A stretch of 64,000 bases of DNA from Candidatus Levyibacteriota bacterium. Lineage in GTDB: Bacteria; Patescibacteriota; Microgenomatia; Levybacterales; UBA12049. This document shows positions 19,339-27,967 of this stretch, one piece after another. How positions within the stretch are numbered: the stretch's first letter is position 1; each line of letters opens with the position of its first letter. Where the stretch lies: NCBI GenBank assembly GCA_029260905.1, contig JAJDCH010000002.1, forward strand, positions 79,546 through 143,545, given 5' to 3'. The notes under the pieces were generated by a model. That model saw nothing but the letters and a program-made list of their open reading frames with translations. It did not search any database and had not been told where the DNA came from. Both the position numbers and the translations under genes were made by a program.

Positions 19339-21492
19339 TTACCATGGATAATCGCCTTTTGTAACATCAATATTTTGTTTCAGAACATGCACCACTCTTT
19401 TTATTGCGGTTGGGAGAAGTAAATATTCTGCATCGTGAATTTTTTCTTCAAAAGTTGTTATTGTATCATTTGATTTAATAGCGACCTCAGACTTCATGAT
19501 TATTGGTCCTACATCAAATTTATCTCCTTGAATAATCTGATGGACTGTAACCCCAGAAATAGGTAACTCAAGTGAGAAAGCATCTTTTATCGCGTTTGCT
19601 CCTCTGATTACAGGAATTTTTCCTTTGGATGTTGAGACAATATCAAGGTTTTTGGAGGTTAGGAGAGCAGGGTGTAGATTTACTATTGGTATAGACAAAT
19701 CAGTCATTTTTGATAAAAATTTGTCGCCAAGAACTAGCATCCATCCAGAAAGGATAACCATATCAGGAGATGTTTGTTCAACTTCTTTTATTAATATTGA
19801 TTCATATTTTTCTCTGTCTTTTGAGTTTGAAAGTTTTCCAGAATATTCTAGAATACTAGATGGTATTTTATGTTTCTTCGCTCTTTCTAAAGCAAATGCA
19901 TTTCTCTTATTGGAAATTACTTTTATTATTTCTGCATCAATCTCATTATTTTCAATGGCATCAATAATTTGTTGAAGATTTGAACCTCCTCCTGATGCAA
20001 ATACACAAATTTTTGGTTTTCCAGTTATTTTATTTTTAAGTTTTGGAAAAGCGTGCTGCCTGTCTCTTATTGGATGGGGGCCTCCAAATGGATAATAGTA
20101 GAAATTTTCCTTGACCCCTCCTGCTGCTTTAGCAGTATCTTCAATTGTTAGATATGTGACATCATCAGCTTGGATAAATTTTGCTACACTTCTTTCTATC
20201 TCATCGAATTTTTGTTTTTCGTAGTGGGATGCAGGAAGCTCTCTTTTGCTTCTCATATCTATTCCCATGTCACATTGTTGAGTAACTGGGGGGCTAGCAA
20301 AACACATAGAAATATTTTTTGCACCAGCTGATCGGAGCTTTTCTATAAGAATGGAGCTGGTTGTAAATCTGATTCCTGAATCATCAACCACAATTACTCT
20401 TTTTCCCCTTACCTCATCAGCAATTACATTGTGTTTGGTTCCAACTGCTACAATTCTATTTTTTTGGCCTGGTTTAATAAATGTTCGACCAACATAATGA
20501 CTTGTTGTTATGGCGTCAACAATTGGAAGGTTTAATTCTCTGGCAACACCTCTTGCAGCAGGATAGCCTGAGTCAAAAACAGGAACAACTGCGTCAGCTG
20601 ATAATTTTTTCCTTTTTATTCTTTGAGCGAGCAGCATTCCTGATTTTTCACGTCCTTCTCTGACTCTGACTCCATTTGTAAAGCTGTCTGGGCGAGAAAA
20701 GTAGATATTTTCAAAAATGCAGTGCTGAATTTTTTTGGTATCTCCAAAAAAGTAAGACTTGATTTTTCCATCCGAGTCTATTTTTGTTATTTCACCAGGC
20801 GCAACATCTCTGATAAAATCTGCGCCAATTGCATCAAGCGCAACTGACTCAGAAGCTATGATATAGCCATCATCGGTTTTGCCAATGCAAAGAGGGCGAA
20901 TTCCATAAGGGTCACGGATAGCAAAAAGCTCGGCGCTATTTGTTAGAATGGCAAGACAGAAAGCCCCTTTGAATTTTGGAAGAGTGTTGATGAGTGTTTC
21001 TTCCCAGTTTTTGAATTTTGATCTTTTTTCAATAAGAAGCCTTGTCATATAGCCAGAGTCGGTTGTGGATTTTGGTTTGTTTTTTACGTCTTTAATAAAG
21101 TTTGAAATATCAGGTAGATTTCCATTGTGGCCAAGGCTTATTTGGTGCAGGCCCTTTTCCTCAAGTATGGGTTGTGCGTTGTTAAGTGTTGATTCTCCAA
21201 AGGTACCGTATCTGTTTTGGCTTGTTGCAAATTTGCTTTCTCCAAGTTCTTTGAGCGTGTTGTCTGTAAGAACATGTGGAATAAGACCCATCCCCTTTTT
21301 TGTAAGTATTTTGTTTTTTTTCTGAAGAATACTAATCCCGGCGCTTTCAAGTCCTCTGTGTTGAAGTGCGGCTAAAGCGCGTGCTGCAAGAAAAGTGGCA
21401 TTATTAGATTTGGAATAAACACAAACAACTCCACATTTCTCCCTTAAATCTAAATTCATAGCTAGTGCTTTATTGTGAATATTATTGTTCAT
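19339..21492 (-). CDS. purF: Fused amidophosphoribosyltransferase (PurF) + GAR formyltransferase (PurN)
   Basis: N-terminal part: EK|CG, LQHRG, HNGNL, RDPYGIRPL, CIFENIYFSRPDS, VVDDS. C-terminal ~220 aa: FASGGGSNLQ, NLHPALL, GVTVH..D.GPII, EY.LLP. Confidence 0.92.
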   Translation of the reverse strand: MNNNIHNKALAMNLDLREKCGVVCVYSKSNNATFLAARALAALQHRGLESAGISILQKKNKILTKKGMGLIPHVLTDNTLKELGESKFATSQNRYGTFGESTLNNAQPILEEKGLHQISLGHNGNLPDISNFIKDVKNKPKSTTDSGYMTRLLIEKRSKFKNWEETLINTLPKFKGAFCLAILTNSAELFAIRDPYGIRPLCIGKTDDGYIIASESVALDAIGADFIRDVAPGEITKIDSDGKIKSYFFGDTKKIQHCIFENIYFSRPDSFTNGVRVREGREKSGMLLAQRIKRKKLSADAVVPVFDSGYPAARGVARELNLPIVDAITTSHYVGRTFIKPGQKNRIVAVGTKHNVIADEVRGKRVIVVDDSGIRFTTSSILIEKLRSAGAKNISMCFASPPVTQQCDMGIDMRSKRELPASHYEKQKFDEIERSVAKFIQADDVTYLTIEDTAKAAGGVKENFYYYPFGGPHPIRDRQHAFPKLKNKITGKPKICVFASGGGSNLQQIIDAIENNEIDAEIIKVISNKRNAFALERAKKHKIPSSILEYSGKLSNSKDREKYESILIKEVEQTSPDMVILSGWMLVLGDKFLSKMTDLSIPIVNLHPALLTSKNLDIVSTSKGKIPVIRGANAIKDAFSLELPISGVTVHQIIQGDKFDVGPIIMKSEVAIKSNDTITTFEEKIHDAEYLLLPTAIKRVVHVLKQNIDVTKGDYPW

Positions 21493-21509
21493 ATTAATTT
21501 ATGCTTTGA

Positions 21510-21620
21510 TTAATTCAATTTCTGAGAACAAAAAAACCCGCCTCTGAGCGGGGTTCTTATTGTGTAAGAATTAATGATAATGTTGTAATTGATATGCTTT
21601 ATTTTTGAGCATTCTATCAT
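21510..21620 (-). other. Candidate leader ORF (36 aa) of the purine operon, reading through the leader terminator
   Basis: ATG lies 5 nt after TATAAT; translates MIECSKIKHINYNIIINSYTIRTPLRGGFFCSQKLN*. A second short frame MLKNKAYQLQHYH* occupies 21571-21612. Translation not demonstrated. Confidence 0.35.
21530..21558 (-). terminator. Intrinsic terminator inside the purine-operon leader (attenuator candidate)
   Basis: Minus strand AAGAACCCCGC-TCAGAG-GCGGG-TTTTTTT: GC-rich stem plus 7-U tract, located between the promoter and the purF start. Confidence 0.8.
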
Positions 21621-21625
21621 TATTT

Positions 21626-21654
21626 ATTATAAATCACTTTGCTTGATGTGTCAA
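21626..21654 (-). promoter_or_regulatory. Sigma70 consensus promoter of the purine operon
   Basis: Minus strand TTGACA (21654-21649), 17-nt spacer, TATAAT (21631-21626). Confidence 0.85.
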
Positions 21655-21692
21655 CAGCATGAAGGCTGGTTGAATATGTTAAAATCAAAAAT

Positions 21693-22694
21693 ATGGATGA
21701 GATAAAAGTGCGATTTCAAAAATTGGTTGAAAAAATAAGCCCGGATGAAAAAAAGAAGGAAATAAGATTGCTTGAGGCAGAAAGTATGAAGGAAGGGTTT
21801 TGGGACGATCATCAAAAAGCTGCGGAAAAAATGAAGCTTTTCTCAGATATGCAAAAAGAGGTGGAAGAGCTTGAGATGCTTGAGCTTTTGATATCAGAAG
21901 GTGATACAAAAGAAGCTGAAAAGCTACTAAGTAAAGTAGAGACACTGCTTTTTCTCGGAGGAGAGAATGATAAATCAAATGCAATAGTTGGAATTCACTC
22001 AGGGCAGGGTGGAGTTGAGGCGATGGATTGGGCGGAGATGCTTTATCGAATGTATACAAGATATTTTGAGAAAAAAGGCTGGAGTTATGAGATTTTGGAT
22101 CAGACAATGGGAGAGGAAGCAGGAATAAAAGGAATTACAATTGCAGTGAATGGAAAGTATGCATATGGTTACCTCAAGCACGAAGCAGGCGCGCACCGTC
22201 TTGTCAGACAATCACCTTTTAATGCAGATAAATTGCGTCAAACATCATTTGCGTTGGTTGAGGTGATGCCAGAAATTGAAGATGCCAAGATTGATTTGAA
22301 AGATGATGATATAGAATTTGAAGCATTTAGAAGTGGTGGTCATGGGGGGCAAAATGTAAATAAGGTATCAACTGCAGTAAGGCTTACTCACAAGCCAACA
22401 GGGATTGCAGTCACGGCATCTGTTGAGAGATCACAAATCCAAAATAGAGAATTTGCAATGAAGCTTCTGAAGGCAAAGCTCTGGATAATTGAAGAGGAAA
22501 AGCAAAAGAAAAAAGAGGCAGAGTTAAAGGGCGGGTATAAAACACCTGGATGGGGAAATCAGATCCGCTCATATGTTCTTCATCCCTACAAAATGGTAAA
22601 GGATCTCAGGACTCAGGTAGAAACAGGCAACACCGATGCAGTACTGGATGGGGATTTGGATATGTTTATTGAAGAGGAGCTGAGGAGTTTATAG
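21693..22694 (+). CDS. prfB: Peptide chain release factor 2 (no frameshift)
   Basis: [17 protein letters not shown] (SPF motif), GGQNVNK and WGNQIRSYV motifs. Confidence 0.97.
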   Translation: MDEIKVRFQKLVEKISPDEKKKEIRLLEAESMKEGFWDDHQKAAEKMKLFSDMQKEVEELEMLELLISEGDTKEAEKLLSKVETLLFLGGENDKSNAIVGIHSGQGGVEAMDWAEMLYRMYTRYFEKKGWSYEILDQTMGEEAGIKGITIAVNGKYAYGYLKHEAGAHRLVRQSPFNADKLRQTSFALVEVMPEIEDAKIDLKDDDIEFEAFRSGGHGGQNVNKVSTAVRLTHKPTGIAVTASVERSQIQNREFAMKLLKAKLWIIEEEKQKKKEAELKGGYKTPGWGNQIRSYVLHPYKMVKDLRTQVETGNTDAVLDGDLDMFIEEELRSL

Positions 22695-23114
22695 ATCTTT
22701 TGTAAAATAGAAACCCCTTTCAATATATCCATGATTTTTATAAAATCTGTGAGCCACTTTGTGATCCTTGCCTGATTGGATAAATATTCCTTTGCAATTT
22801 AAATCTTTTGTTTTTTTCTCAATAATCTCCATTAGTTTTTTGCCAACTCCATGTTTTCTGTAATTTTCCAAAACAAATAATTCGTCAAGCTCAGCTATTA
22901 GTTTTGAGTATCTCACAACATTTCTGGTTGATAGGGTGGCAAACCCAATAAGTTTTTGTTTATCGGTCGCGACATATATATAGCTATTGGGATTTTCTAA
23001 AACCTTTACAAAAGAATCACTATTCTTTTTCGAGAATCTATTATCGCCAACAAAAAGACTATAAAGTTTTATTAATTCTTTGTAGTCTTCTGTTTTTGCT
23101 AATCTAATTTTCAC
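22689..23114 (-). CDS. GNAT-family N-acetyltransferase
   Basis: [19 protein letters not shown] and [10 protein letters not shown] motifs. GTG at 23114 has a GGAGG SD and a GTGA overlap with the upstream gene. Confidence 0.88.
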   Translation of the reverse strand: MKIRLAKTEDYKELIKLYSLFVGDNRFSKKNSDSFVKVLENPNSYIYVATDKQKLIGFATLSTRNVVRYSKLIAELDELFVLENYRKHGVGKKLMEIIEKKTKDLNCKGIFIQSGKDHKVAHRFYKNHGYIERGFYFTKDL

Positions 23115-23866
23115 TTTCCTCCTCCACCTTTTTGCCATTTGACTGCTGTCAGAAATTTGCCATAAAGATCTTTTTCCATAGGCCAGATGACAGCATCTAG
23201 CTCTTTTTTATTTGGAACCCTGTTTTGAAATTTAATAAAAGGTAGATCAGTAAAAACAGAAAGTGGGGTTTGTTCATTTGCCTCACCCATGATGAGTGCT
23301 GCTGTAGTTCCAAGTGAATCAATTACATTGACTTTTATCCATTCGATTTCCCGCCCGAAAATATCTTTTTCTCCGACATGATCATTGACTGCCTCAAAAC
23401 CGCACCAGCTCATGCCAAAGCCAAGTGTGCCTGTTCGTCCTGGATTGAATCTGCTGTCTGTTACGATGACTCCTAGATTTTTTATGTTATGTTTTTTGCG
23501 AAGATATTCCCAGATTTTATTCGTCTTTTCCTGTAGGTTTTTTGGCCAGAGTATATAGTTGTTATCTGCATTGGACTCATCAATGCCTGCAGTAAAAACA
23601 ATATGCCCGTTTTTGCGTGTTAAGAAAACTTTTCCGTAGGGTGTTGGAACTGGTGCTTCTACATATGAATCAGCTTCTTTTTTGATAAATTCGTCTTTGT
23701 CAGCTACTTTTTCAACAGGTATTACATCGCCTTGGGTTATGCTTATGATCTTGGATGTAATTGCAACGATTGAATTCTCAGAAAGAATGGGGAGGTACTT
23801 ATCAAGGACTTTGTAAACATCATCCCCAGTTTTTACTTTGTGGGTTTTGTAGGCATTAACTTTCAC
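23111..23866 (-). CDS. CofE/F420-0:gamma-glutamyl ligase family protein (putative folate polyglutamylase)
   Basis: ITSKIIS, AGIDESN, VIVTDS, KDIFGR and MGEANEQTP motifs of the CofE family. Confidence 0.85.
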   Translation of the reverse strand: MKVNAYKTHKVKTGDDVYKVLDKYLPILSENSIVAITSKIISITQGDVIPVEKVADKDEFIKKEADSYVEAPVPTPYGKVFLTRKNGHIVFTAGIDESNADNNYILWPKNLQEKTNKIWEYLRKKHNIKNLGVIVTDSRFNPGRTGTLGFGMSWCGFEAVNDHVGEKDIFGREIEWIKVNVIDSLGTTAALIMGEANEQTPLSVFTDLPFIKFQNRVPNKKELDAVIWPMEKDLYGKFLTAVKWQKGGGGK

Positions 23867-23893
23867 AAACGGATTATAGCACAGCTTAAATTG

Positions 23894-24589
23894 TTATTTT
23901 ATGTAGTGGGAGTTAATATTTTGAATAGATGGAAGAATTTTTTTATCAGCGAGAAATCCGAATAGGTATTTCATTAATTTGTAGGTAATAGCGATTCCAA
24001 CAGCAAAGACAAGCCTTTCTGATATTACAACTGGGACTAGTCCTCCCCATACCTCGGTTGGTAAATTAAATGCCCAGATCCATGCAGCGCCTCCGACAGC
24101 ATGCTGTGTGAATGTAGCACCTAGTGCTCTCATAAAATCGTTTCTTCTAAAAAAATAAGCAATAAATGGTATTGTCCAGAAAAGAGTGAAGTAGGGAACG
24201 GTTCTTCCGATTGGGTGAGCTACAAATGCAATTATTGCAACAAGTGGTACGATGAGTGCAAATTTTGATGTGTTTGATTTTGCTTTTTCAGACTTTTTGT
24301 TCTGAGTTAGCACCGCGAAGTAATAAGTTGCAAAAAGAACTGGGAAAAGTCTGATGATTGATCCAAGCTCAATTGGTGTTTGTTTGACTATTATGTTTGT
24401 GATTTCAACTCCGAGAACTGTCAATATGCCAAAAAGTGGTCCGAGAAATGCGCCAGCAATTGGGGCAAAGAAGTCAAAAAGAGTAAATGATACATTTCCG
24501 CCCCCAATTAGTTGGGTAAATGGCATATTTTGACCAATTATTCCAAGAATGAAAAATATAGCGATGAATTTTAATTTGTCCATTGACAC
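23894..24589 (-). CDS. Multi-pass membrane protein resembling an ECF S-component
   Basis: About 7 hydrophobic segments; FAPIAGAFLGPLFG resembles the S-component helix-loop. Substrate inferred from neighbours only. Confidence 0.55.
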   Translation of the reverse strand: MSMDKLKFIAIFFILGIIGQNMPFTQLIGGGNVSFTLFDFFAPIAGAFLGPLFGILTVLGVEITNIIVKQTPIELGSIIRLFPVLFATYYFAVLTQNKKSEKAKSNTSKFALIVPLVAIIAFVAHPIGRTVPYFTLFWTIPFIAYFFRRNDFMRALGATFTQHAVGGAAWIWAFNLPTEVWGGLVPVVISERLVFAVGIAITYKLMKYLFGFLADKKILPSIQNINSHYIK

Positions 24590-24595
24590 TTCGAT

Positions 24596-24624
24596 ACTTT
24601 AATAAAATTTTTCTGCTTTGTCAA
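24596..24624 (-). promoter_or_regulatory. Sigma70 promoter of the membrane-protein gene (leaderless candidate)
   Basis: TTGACA-17-TAAAGT, then 6 nt to the GTG start at 24589. Confidence 0.65.
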
Positions 24625-24679
24625 TAAGTGTTTGACTAGTTGCCAAAAAATGTAAAATGTGTAATACTCAATTGTACCT

Positions 24680-25135
24680 ATGGATACTAAGAATCAGCCA
24701 CCAGAATCAGGCGTAATGCATAGTTTCTCAGGAGAAAAGAAAGCCAAAGCTAGTAAGGCAATTGTGGTATTCGTGATTGCAATGGTTCTTGGTGCTGGAA
24801 CAGGATATCTTGTTTCCAATTCGGGTTCTGGTTTGGGAAGTAGCAAGTCGGAGATCTCAGCAACTGGAGATAGCAAAGGACAAAAAGTTTTTGGATCTGA
24901 TGATGCAGAAACATTTAGCGATGAGGCTGAGGGAGTATTAAGAAAAGGCGGAATAGAGGGTGAGGGGCAATATCATTTGGAGCGTCCAGGTGGTGAGAGT
25001 CAAAATGTCTATATGACCTCATCTCTTGTTGATCTGTCTTTGTTTATTGGTAAGAGAATAAAAGTCTGGGGTCAAACACAACAGGCTCAGACCGCAGGCT
25101 GGTTAATGGATGTTGGGCGTGTTGAAGTTTTGTAA
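24680..25135 (+). CDS. Hypothetical bitopic membrane protein, coupled to ftsE
   Basis: One N-terminal TM helix, Ser/Gly linker, beta-rich C-terminal domain. TAATG overlap with ftsE. Confidence 0.8.
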   Translation: MDTKNQPPESGVMHSFSGEKKAKASKAIVVFVIAMVLGAGTGYLVSNSGSGLGSSKSEISATGDSKGQKVFGSDDAETFSDEAEGVLRKGGIEGEGQYHLERPGGESQNVYMTSSLVDLSLFIGKRIKVWGQTQQAQTAGWLMDVGRVEVL

Positions 25136-25824
25136 TGATAAGGCTTGGAAATGTATCCAAAAAGTTCCCCACGGGAAACTCTGCTCTATCGGATGTAACA
25201 TTTTCAATAGACAAGGGTGAGTTTGTTTTTGTTGTGGGTCCATCAGGGTCTGGAAAGACTACTCTTTTCCGGCTTTTTATTCGTGAGTATATCCCAACAG
25301 AGGGAACTATCCATATCGGCGAGTGGGACATTGGAAATCTTTCCGATAAATATATACCTCTTCTTAGGAAAAAGATAGGAGTTGTTTTTCAGGACCTCAA
25401 GCTCTTAAGAGATCGTACGATTCTCGAAAATGTCATGCTTCCTCTTGATGTGGTGGGAATGGATGATGAAGAGGCAGAAAAAAAAGCAATAGATATTCTG
25501 GATCAAGTCAGTATCCTAGATCACAAGGATAAATTCCCTGTTCAATTATCCGGAGGAGAGCTTCAAAGAGCAGCGATTGCAAGAGCGCTTGTTTTTTCGC
25601 CCGAAATATTAATTGCTGATGAGCCAACTGGAAATCTTGATGCAACAACTTCTTGGGAAATAGTTAAGCTCCTTCATGATATAAATAAGACAGGAACAAC
25701 AGTTATAATGGCGACACACAATACTGATATTATCAATAGTCTTGCTAAAAGGGTTTTGGTTCTTGATAAGGGCAAGTTAGTAGCTGATGAGAAGAAAACA
25801 CCAAAAGAACATAAAAAAGATTAG
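25135..25824 (+). CDS. ftsE: Cell division ATP-binding protein FtsE
   Basis: GPSGSGKT, IGVVFQD, LSGGELQR, ADEPTGNLD and MATH motifs; directly upstream of ftsX. Confidence 0.95.
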   Translation: MIRLGNVSKKFPTGNSALSDVTFSIDKGEFVFVVGPSGSGKTTLFRLFIREYIPTEGTIHIGEWDIGNLSDKYIPLLRKKIGVVFQDLKLLRDRTILENVMLPLDVVGMDDEEAEKKAIDILDQVSILDHKDKFPVQLSGGELQRAAIARALVFSPEILIADEPTGNLDATTSWEIVKLLHDINKTGTTVIMATHNTDIINSLAKRVLVLDKGKLVADEKKTPKEHKKD

Positions 25825-25826
25825 TC

Positions 25827-26696
25827 ATGAGAACAGTTAAAAAAAGCATTAAACAAATAAGAAGAACTCCTTTTCAGGCGCTTGCTGCTGTGTTTGTGAT
25901 GGCTCTTACCTTTCTTACAATTTCTGTTTTTGCATTTATAGTTTTTGGGTCAGCAGCAATCATAAAACATGCAGAATCAACTCCTCAGGTAACGACTTTT
26001 TTTAAAGATGAAGCAACCCCTCAGGATATAGAGCAGCTTCAAAAAAGCTTGAAAGATACTGGTAAGGTCTCATCAATGAGATATGTCTCCAAAAAAGATG
26101 CGCTTGAGATTTACAGAACAAGAATTGCCAAGAATGACGAATATTTAATGGAGCTTGTAACTGAAGATACTCTTCCTGCATCGCTAGATATTTATACATT
26201 TGATATTGCTGATCTTGATGTGATTGCAAAGACAGTTAGGAATTATGATTTTATTGATGATGTTCAGTATTCACAAGACGTGGTTGATGATCTGAAAAAC
26301 TGGACTAGTGGAATACGAACAATCGGAATTGTAGTCATAGTTGTTTTGATAGTTGAGTCAATCTTTGTGATGATGATGGTAATTGGTTTTAAGGTATCGC
26401 AAAAAAGAGATGAGATAGACATCATGAAACTTTTATCTGCCTCAAATTGGTATATACGTTGGCCTTTTGTTTGGGAGGGGATAATTTATGGAGTAATTGG
26501 GGCGATGATTGGATGGATAGTTGCCACAGTCGGTCTTTTGTATGCAACACCATTTTTGGAGACAATACTTGAGTCAATTCCAGTTCTTCCAGCTTCGCCG
26601 TTATTCCTTCTGGGACTTGTTGTTTTTGAAATTTTGATTGCTATATTTTTGGGAATCACAGCCAGTTTTTTGGCTGTACGCCGATATCTAAAATGA
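25827..26696 (+). CDS. ftsX: Cell division permease FtsX
   Basis: 4 TM helices, YVSKKDAL, LPAS, and EIDIMKLLSASNWYIRWPFVWEG motifs. Confidence 0.95.
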   Translation: MRTVKKSIKQIRRTPFQALAAVFVMALTFLTISVFAFIVFGSAAIIKHAESTPQVTTFFKDEATPQDIEQLQKSLKDTGKVSSMRYVSKKDALEIYRTRIAKNDEYLMELVTEDTLPASLDIYTFDIADLDVIAKTVRNYDFIDDVQYSQDVVDDLKNWTSGIRTIGIVVIVVLIVESIFVMMMVIGFKVSQKRDEIDIMKLLSASNWYIRWPFVWEGIIYGVIGAMIGWIVATVGLLYATPFLETILESIPVLPASPLFLLGLVVFEILIAIFLGITASFLAVRRYLK

Positions 26697-26717
26697 TTTT
26701 TATATTAAATATTAAAA

Positions 26718-27950
26718 ATGAAACATCAAAAAGACTTATTAATATTTAAATATTTTTCTTTTTCTAGTCTTCTTTTTGTTTGTTGCTTTTTGTTTGTTGC
26801 TTTTTTAATCTCTAGTAGTTTTGTTTTTGCCCAAACAACAACTCCCACACCAACCCCATCTTCCACCAAGTCAAATCAGCTTGAGGATTTGAATAAAAAA
26901 ATACAAGAGCTTGAGGGAAAAGTTAATGAACTTCATCAGAAAGGTGAAACTTTATCTTCTCAAATTCAGGCTATGGATAATCAGATTCAGCTTACTGAGT
27001 ATAGAATTAGCGCAACCAAGCAGGAGATACTTGAGCTCACACTTGATATAGATTCAGCAACAGAAAAGGTAGAAAATTTAGAACATTCATTAAATGATGT
27101 AAGTAAGATACTTCTTGAGAGGATTGTCGCGACATACAAAGCACGAGGTGTTCAGCCGATTCATCTAGTTATATCATCTGATAATGTAACCGATCTTTTC
27201 AATAAAGTTAATTATCTTAGAATTGTTCAGGAGCATGATCAAAAACTCCTATATAACGCGCAGCAAGCCAAAAATGATTATGCAAATCAGAAAAATATTT
27301 TTGAAGATAAAAAAGCAAAAATAGAAGCGCTCAATTCTCAGCTGGAAGAATATCAGGCGCAACTTGATAAAGATAGAGATGAAAAAGAAAACCTTCTTGA
27401 ACAGACAAAGGGATCAGAGGCATCCTATCAAGCGCTCTTAGCTGAGGCAAAAGCTGAATATGAGGCCATACAGGGTATTATTTCGGGAAACACTAATGAG
27501 GGATTAATTGGAGCTGTAAATCAGGGAGATATGATTGCGACAATTATCCAAGGATCGTCATGTAATTCAACAGGAACTCATCTCCACTTTACTATTGCGC
27601 GTGGGACTTCAACAGAAAACCCAGCAAATCATTTGAAGGGAACTGATATAAATAATGTATCTGGTGATTCTTTCAGCCCATCAGGTAGTTGGGATTGGCC
27701 CATCAATAGCCCTGTGACTCTTAATCAGGGTTATGGAAATACAGGATATGCAGCAGTATCAGGAATTTATTCTTTCCATAACGGGATTGATATTAGTAGC
27801 TCGTCATCTATTGTTAGGGCAGTTAAGTCTGGAAATTTATATCAAGGAAGCTATACTGGTTCAAGTGGCTGTAGGCTCAGATATGTTAGGGTAGATCATA
27901 GCGATGGCGATCTTGACACTTTGTATCTTCACGTGAATTATGTTAACTAA
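26718..27950 (+). CDS. EnvC/PcsB-like coiled-coil protein with a circularly permuted M23 peptidase domain
   Basis: Signal/TM segment, long coiled coil, then STGTHLHF placed before WP..HNGID..VRVDH..TLYLH. Confidence 0.85.
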   Translation: MKHQKDLLIFKYFSFSSLLFVCCFLFVAFLISSSFVFAQTTTPTPTPSSTKSNQLEDLNKKIQELEGKVNELHQKGETLSSQIQAMDNQIQLTEYRISATKQEILELTLDIDSATEKVENLEHSLNDVSKILLERIVATYKARGVQPIHLVISSDNVTDLFNKVNYLRIVQEHDQKLLYNAQQAKNDYANQKNIFEDKKAKIEALNSQLEEYQAQLDKDRDEKENLLEQTKGSEASYQALLAEAKAEYEAIQGIISGNTNEGLIGAVNQGDMIATIIQGSSCNSTGTHLHFTIARGTSTENPANHLKGTDINNVSGDSFSPSGSWDWPINSPVTLNQGYGNTGYAAVSGIYSFHNGIDISSSSSIVRAVKSGNLYQGSYTGSSGCRLRYVRVDHSDGDLDTLYLHVNYVN

Positions 27951-27967
27951 TCTGCTTTAATAAAATA

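Noticed and set aside
21493-21625. Known purine, ZTP or PRPP riboswitch in the pur leader
   Set aside because: The leader is short and G-poor, and no aptamer consensus was recognisable by eye; an Rfam scan would settle it.
23111-23866. Coenzyme F420 biosynthesis
   Set aside because: No other cof/fbi genes in the window; the context fits folate glutamylation better.
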